A DNA stretch of 64,000 nt, taken from contig OU015566.1 of the NCBI GenBank assembly GCA_907165135.1, positions 1,736,001-1,800,000 of the forward strand, given 5' to 3'. Positions 61,390 through 64,000 of the stretch are shown here, one piece after another. How positions within the stretch are numbered: the first letter of the stretch is position 1; every line of letters starts with the position of its first letter. Below the pieces are notes generated by a model. The model ran no database searches and was not told the origin of the DNA. It saw nothing but the letters and a program-made list of their open reading frames with translations. This DNA comes from Oikopleura dioica (lineage: Eukaryota > Animalia > Chordata). The position numbers and the translations under genes are program-made.

Positions 61390-61527
61390 TTAAAATTTCG
61401 GTCCCAAAAATTACTAACCATAACCCGAACCCTTCCTCTAACCCTAACCCTAGCCCTAACCCCGATAACTAAGCGTACTATTACAATCAATGACATCGTA
61501 AAACCCCTTTGACAAAAAAGAACGTAC

Positions 61528-63533
61528 CTCGCTATCAGTGAAAAATCGCAGAATGGACTCCATCTGCGTCGTTGTCTCAGAGTGGTGGTAAGTGTTTTTG
61601 AAATTGAATCTCTGCTGAGCTTGATTTTTCGATGGACACCACTTTCCTTGTCTTGCGATTTTCGTTCAGCTTGAGGCCAGCTTGGAGTGAGGCACACGTT
61701 TGGTCCACTAGAATTCAAATTTTAATCATTTTTCAATCAAATTTTTTCAATTAAAATTCGGCGAAACTAACAAACCAACTAATTTTCCTGTGTTTTTCTC
61801 TTTTACTCGAGGGGGCCAAGCCCTTTCCAGCATAACTTTCAAACTCAATAAAAACCATATGTTCGAGTGTCAGAAGAATGTCTCCCTGACGACCTGACCT
61901 TCTGCTCCGGATCAGAAACTCTTAATTGAGAGTTTTTTCTCAAGTGCTCTTGAAAATCGAAAATAGATAATTCTTCTATTTTTCAATATGAAAATAAATC
62001 GCTTGAGAATTTGTCTTTACAATTTATGTCTCAAAAATAACATGATGACACCCTTATTCAATCTTTCAAAAAAAAATATAATCAGTGGCGTCATTTTAAG
62101 GAAGTGGGGTCATGGGGGAAAACCGACAGAAAATTTAAAAAATTTTGCGTGGGCGGCTGCTGATTGGCCGGTTTCCAAAATCCAGGCTTCTGATTGGTTG
62201 AAAAATTTGACAAAAGACTTGTGGGGATTTTTGTCGGTTCCTTTAATTTTTACTCAATATTTTCGAGTTACCTTTTTAAAAATTGATATTAAATTCTCTT
62301 TGAAAGAAGTTTTTTCAGACTAACAGAAAATAAATTCGAAGAATAGGCCATTGGATCTGAAAATATATGTACAAGTGCTAATCGGGCGGATAAACCGAAT
62401 TATTGGGCCGAAGGTGTTTCCCTATCTCACATGATTTGGTCCGTCGTGGAGGGGGGAGAATGGCGTTACCAAAAAAATTTTTCGTAACCGTTACCAAAAT
62501 TTTGGTAACCGTTACCAAAATTGGTAACCATTACCAATATTTTTTCCTTTTCTTTTAAGCGAAAAACCAGAGAATGGCGTTACCAAAATTAGTAACGGTT
62601 ACCAAAAATTGGTACCGGTTACCAAAAGGAAGCTTCTCTCAAAATCAGGCGCGGAGCGAATTCAACCTTTAATTTCGGGATTTCTTTGATAAAGGACCTT
62701 TTAAATAATTTTTTTCCGGATACCCTCCTCGGTTCGCCGGGATTTGGGCCAGAAAGTGTGTGATGGTGAAAAGAATTCGAGAAAATGAGGACGAGCCTGT
62801 AATCGTTCATTAAATACTTTTTATAAATAAATGTTAGGGTAAGGGGGCACTGGGCAAAATGACAGAAGAAACTCACCCGAGGGGGATAGGCTAGGGTTAG
62901 TTAGGGTTACTGAAGGTCACCCTAAGTAACCCTAGACTAGACCCCGGCATCTTAGGCCCGAAGGGACGGAGCCCCGAGGTAAGGGACACTTGGATTTGAT
63001 AATTTCAAAAAAAATTTTTTTTTTATTTCTTTTTTATTTTATAAAAAAATTAGGACCAAAAAGTCCCGGCGAACCGAGGATGAGGGAAAAATTCCGGCGA
63101 ATCGAGGGTCATCCGTTTTTTCTTTAATAAGGGTTAGTAACGAATTCGGGACTTCTGCGATCTGACATGATTAAAATGATAAAAAACAACAAAGCCCGAG
63201 TTCTAGAGACCCTTTTTCTTATTTTTTCCATTTTTGAAATAAAGAATTTTCCGGAGAATGGCGTTACCAATTTTGGTAACGGTTACCAATTTTAGTAATG
63301 GTTACCAATTTTTGGTAACGGTTACCAATTTTGGTAACGCCATTCTCCTACTACCTCCGTCGTGACTGTTAATTTCGTACGTACTCGGCTTTTGAGGCAA
63401 AAAGTGCACTTCTCGAGCGCTTTTCTTGTTCACTCATTTCTCTTGAACTTCTTCTCGAGCTCATTAAAGATCTTGTGGAAGAAGAAAATTTGCAGCGACC
63501 TTCAAAAGGAACTCTCGGAGGTCTCATTGTCAT
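61528..63533 (-). CDS. Possible 5' exons of an uncharacterised gene
   Basis: ATG exon 63533-63385 (phase 2) and exon 61707-61528 (phase 2 to 2) have compatible GT-AG sites; continuation not found. Confidence 0.4.
63253..63348. mobile_element. ~96 bp palindromic mini-element made of GGTTACCAATTTTGGTAAC units; partial copies at ~62455-62620
   Basis: Ends GGAGAATGGCGTTACC / GGTAACGCCATTCTCC are perfect inverted repeats. Confidence 0.7.
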
Positions 63534-64000
63534 TTTTTTCAATTAGCCGAAAGTAAACTCGAATTACAAGATTTTCCCTCTCAAAAAATGGAGAAATAAA
63601 TCTTCCCGGGAAAGGAAAAAGAAGGAGGGATGAAACGGAATAGGGAGAAGGCTCAATATGACAAGGATCGGGTAGGAATATGAGCTTTTTAATCAAAACA
63701 GATAATTTAGGATGATAAATAGAAAGAGGCAAATAAAAATTTATAGAAATCAGCATTTTTTAAAGAAAATATTTTGTGATTTATTCGATTCAAGTATTGA
63801 AAAAATCGAGCATTCAAAAATGCTTCTATCGAGATTTTTGCCTTGAATTTTTCTCAAATAAGCAACTTGACCCCCTTAAATTTTCATTTAAAGACTCTCA
63901 AATAGATATTTTCCGATACAGTAGCTCTGAAGAATTTCTATAATTGAAATGACGAAAAAAGTGTATAAGAAAATTCATTTGAAGACTCTTTTCATTTAAG

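Noticed and set aside
1-64000. Autonomous transposase or reverse-transcriptase genes, rRNA genes
   Set aside because: No DDE, RT or rRNA signatures in the ORF track or sequence; all mobile elements seen are non-autonomous

Overview
This is compact eukaryotic DNA, most likely the larvacean tunicate Oikopleura (inferred from dense genes, many 38-60 nt introns, probable GA-AG introns, nested genes and closely spaced same-strand genes). I assembled spliced models by hand. They cover a C2H2 zinc-finger factor, two tandem Sulfotransfer_4-type genes, two paralogous small secreted proteins, pyruvate carboxylase (with a nested antisense gene), pyruvate kinase (two alternative last exons), a divergent integrin beta, a thyroglobulin-repeat protein, a stand-alone discoidin protein, a CaaX micro-protein, an SLCO/OATP transporter hosting a tRNA-Arg and a hairpin satellite, a secreted Thr-rich/TSP-like protein, an FN3+galaxin protein with a nested membrane-protein gene, a coiled-coil orphan and a synaptotagmin-7-like gene. 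A near-identical 2.5 kb tandem duplication and many non-autonomous DNA transposons are also present. The best lead is a 396 bp TTAA-targeting MITE inside a coding exon whose own ends supply a canonical GT donor and AG acceptor. It would splice out in frame, adding one Gly, as an introner-like element. Other leads are a 3.7 kb hAT foldback element and two satellites built on C-GAA-G triloop hairpins. All models are unverified by transcript data or database searches.
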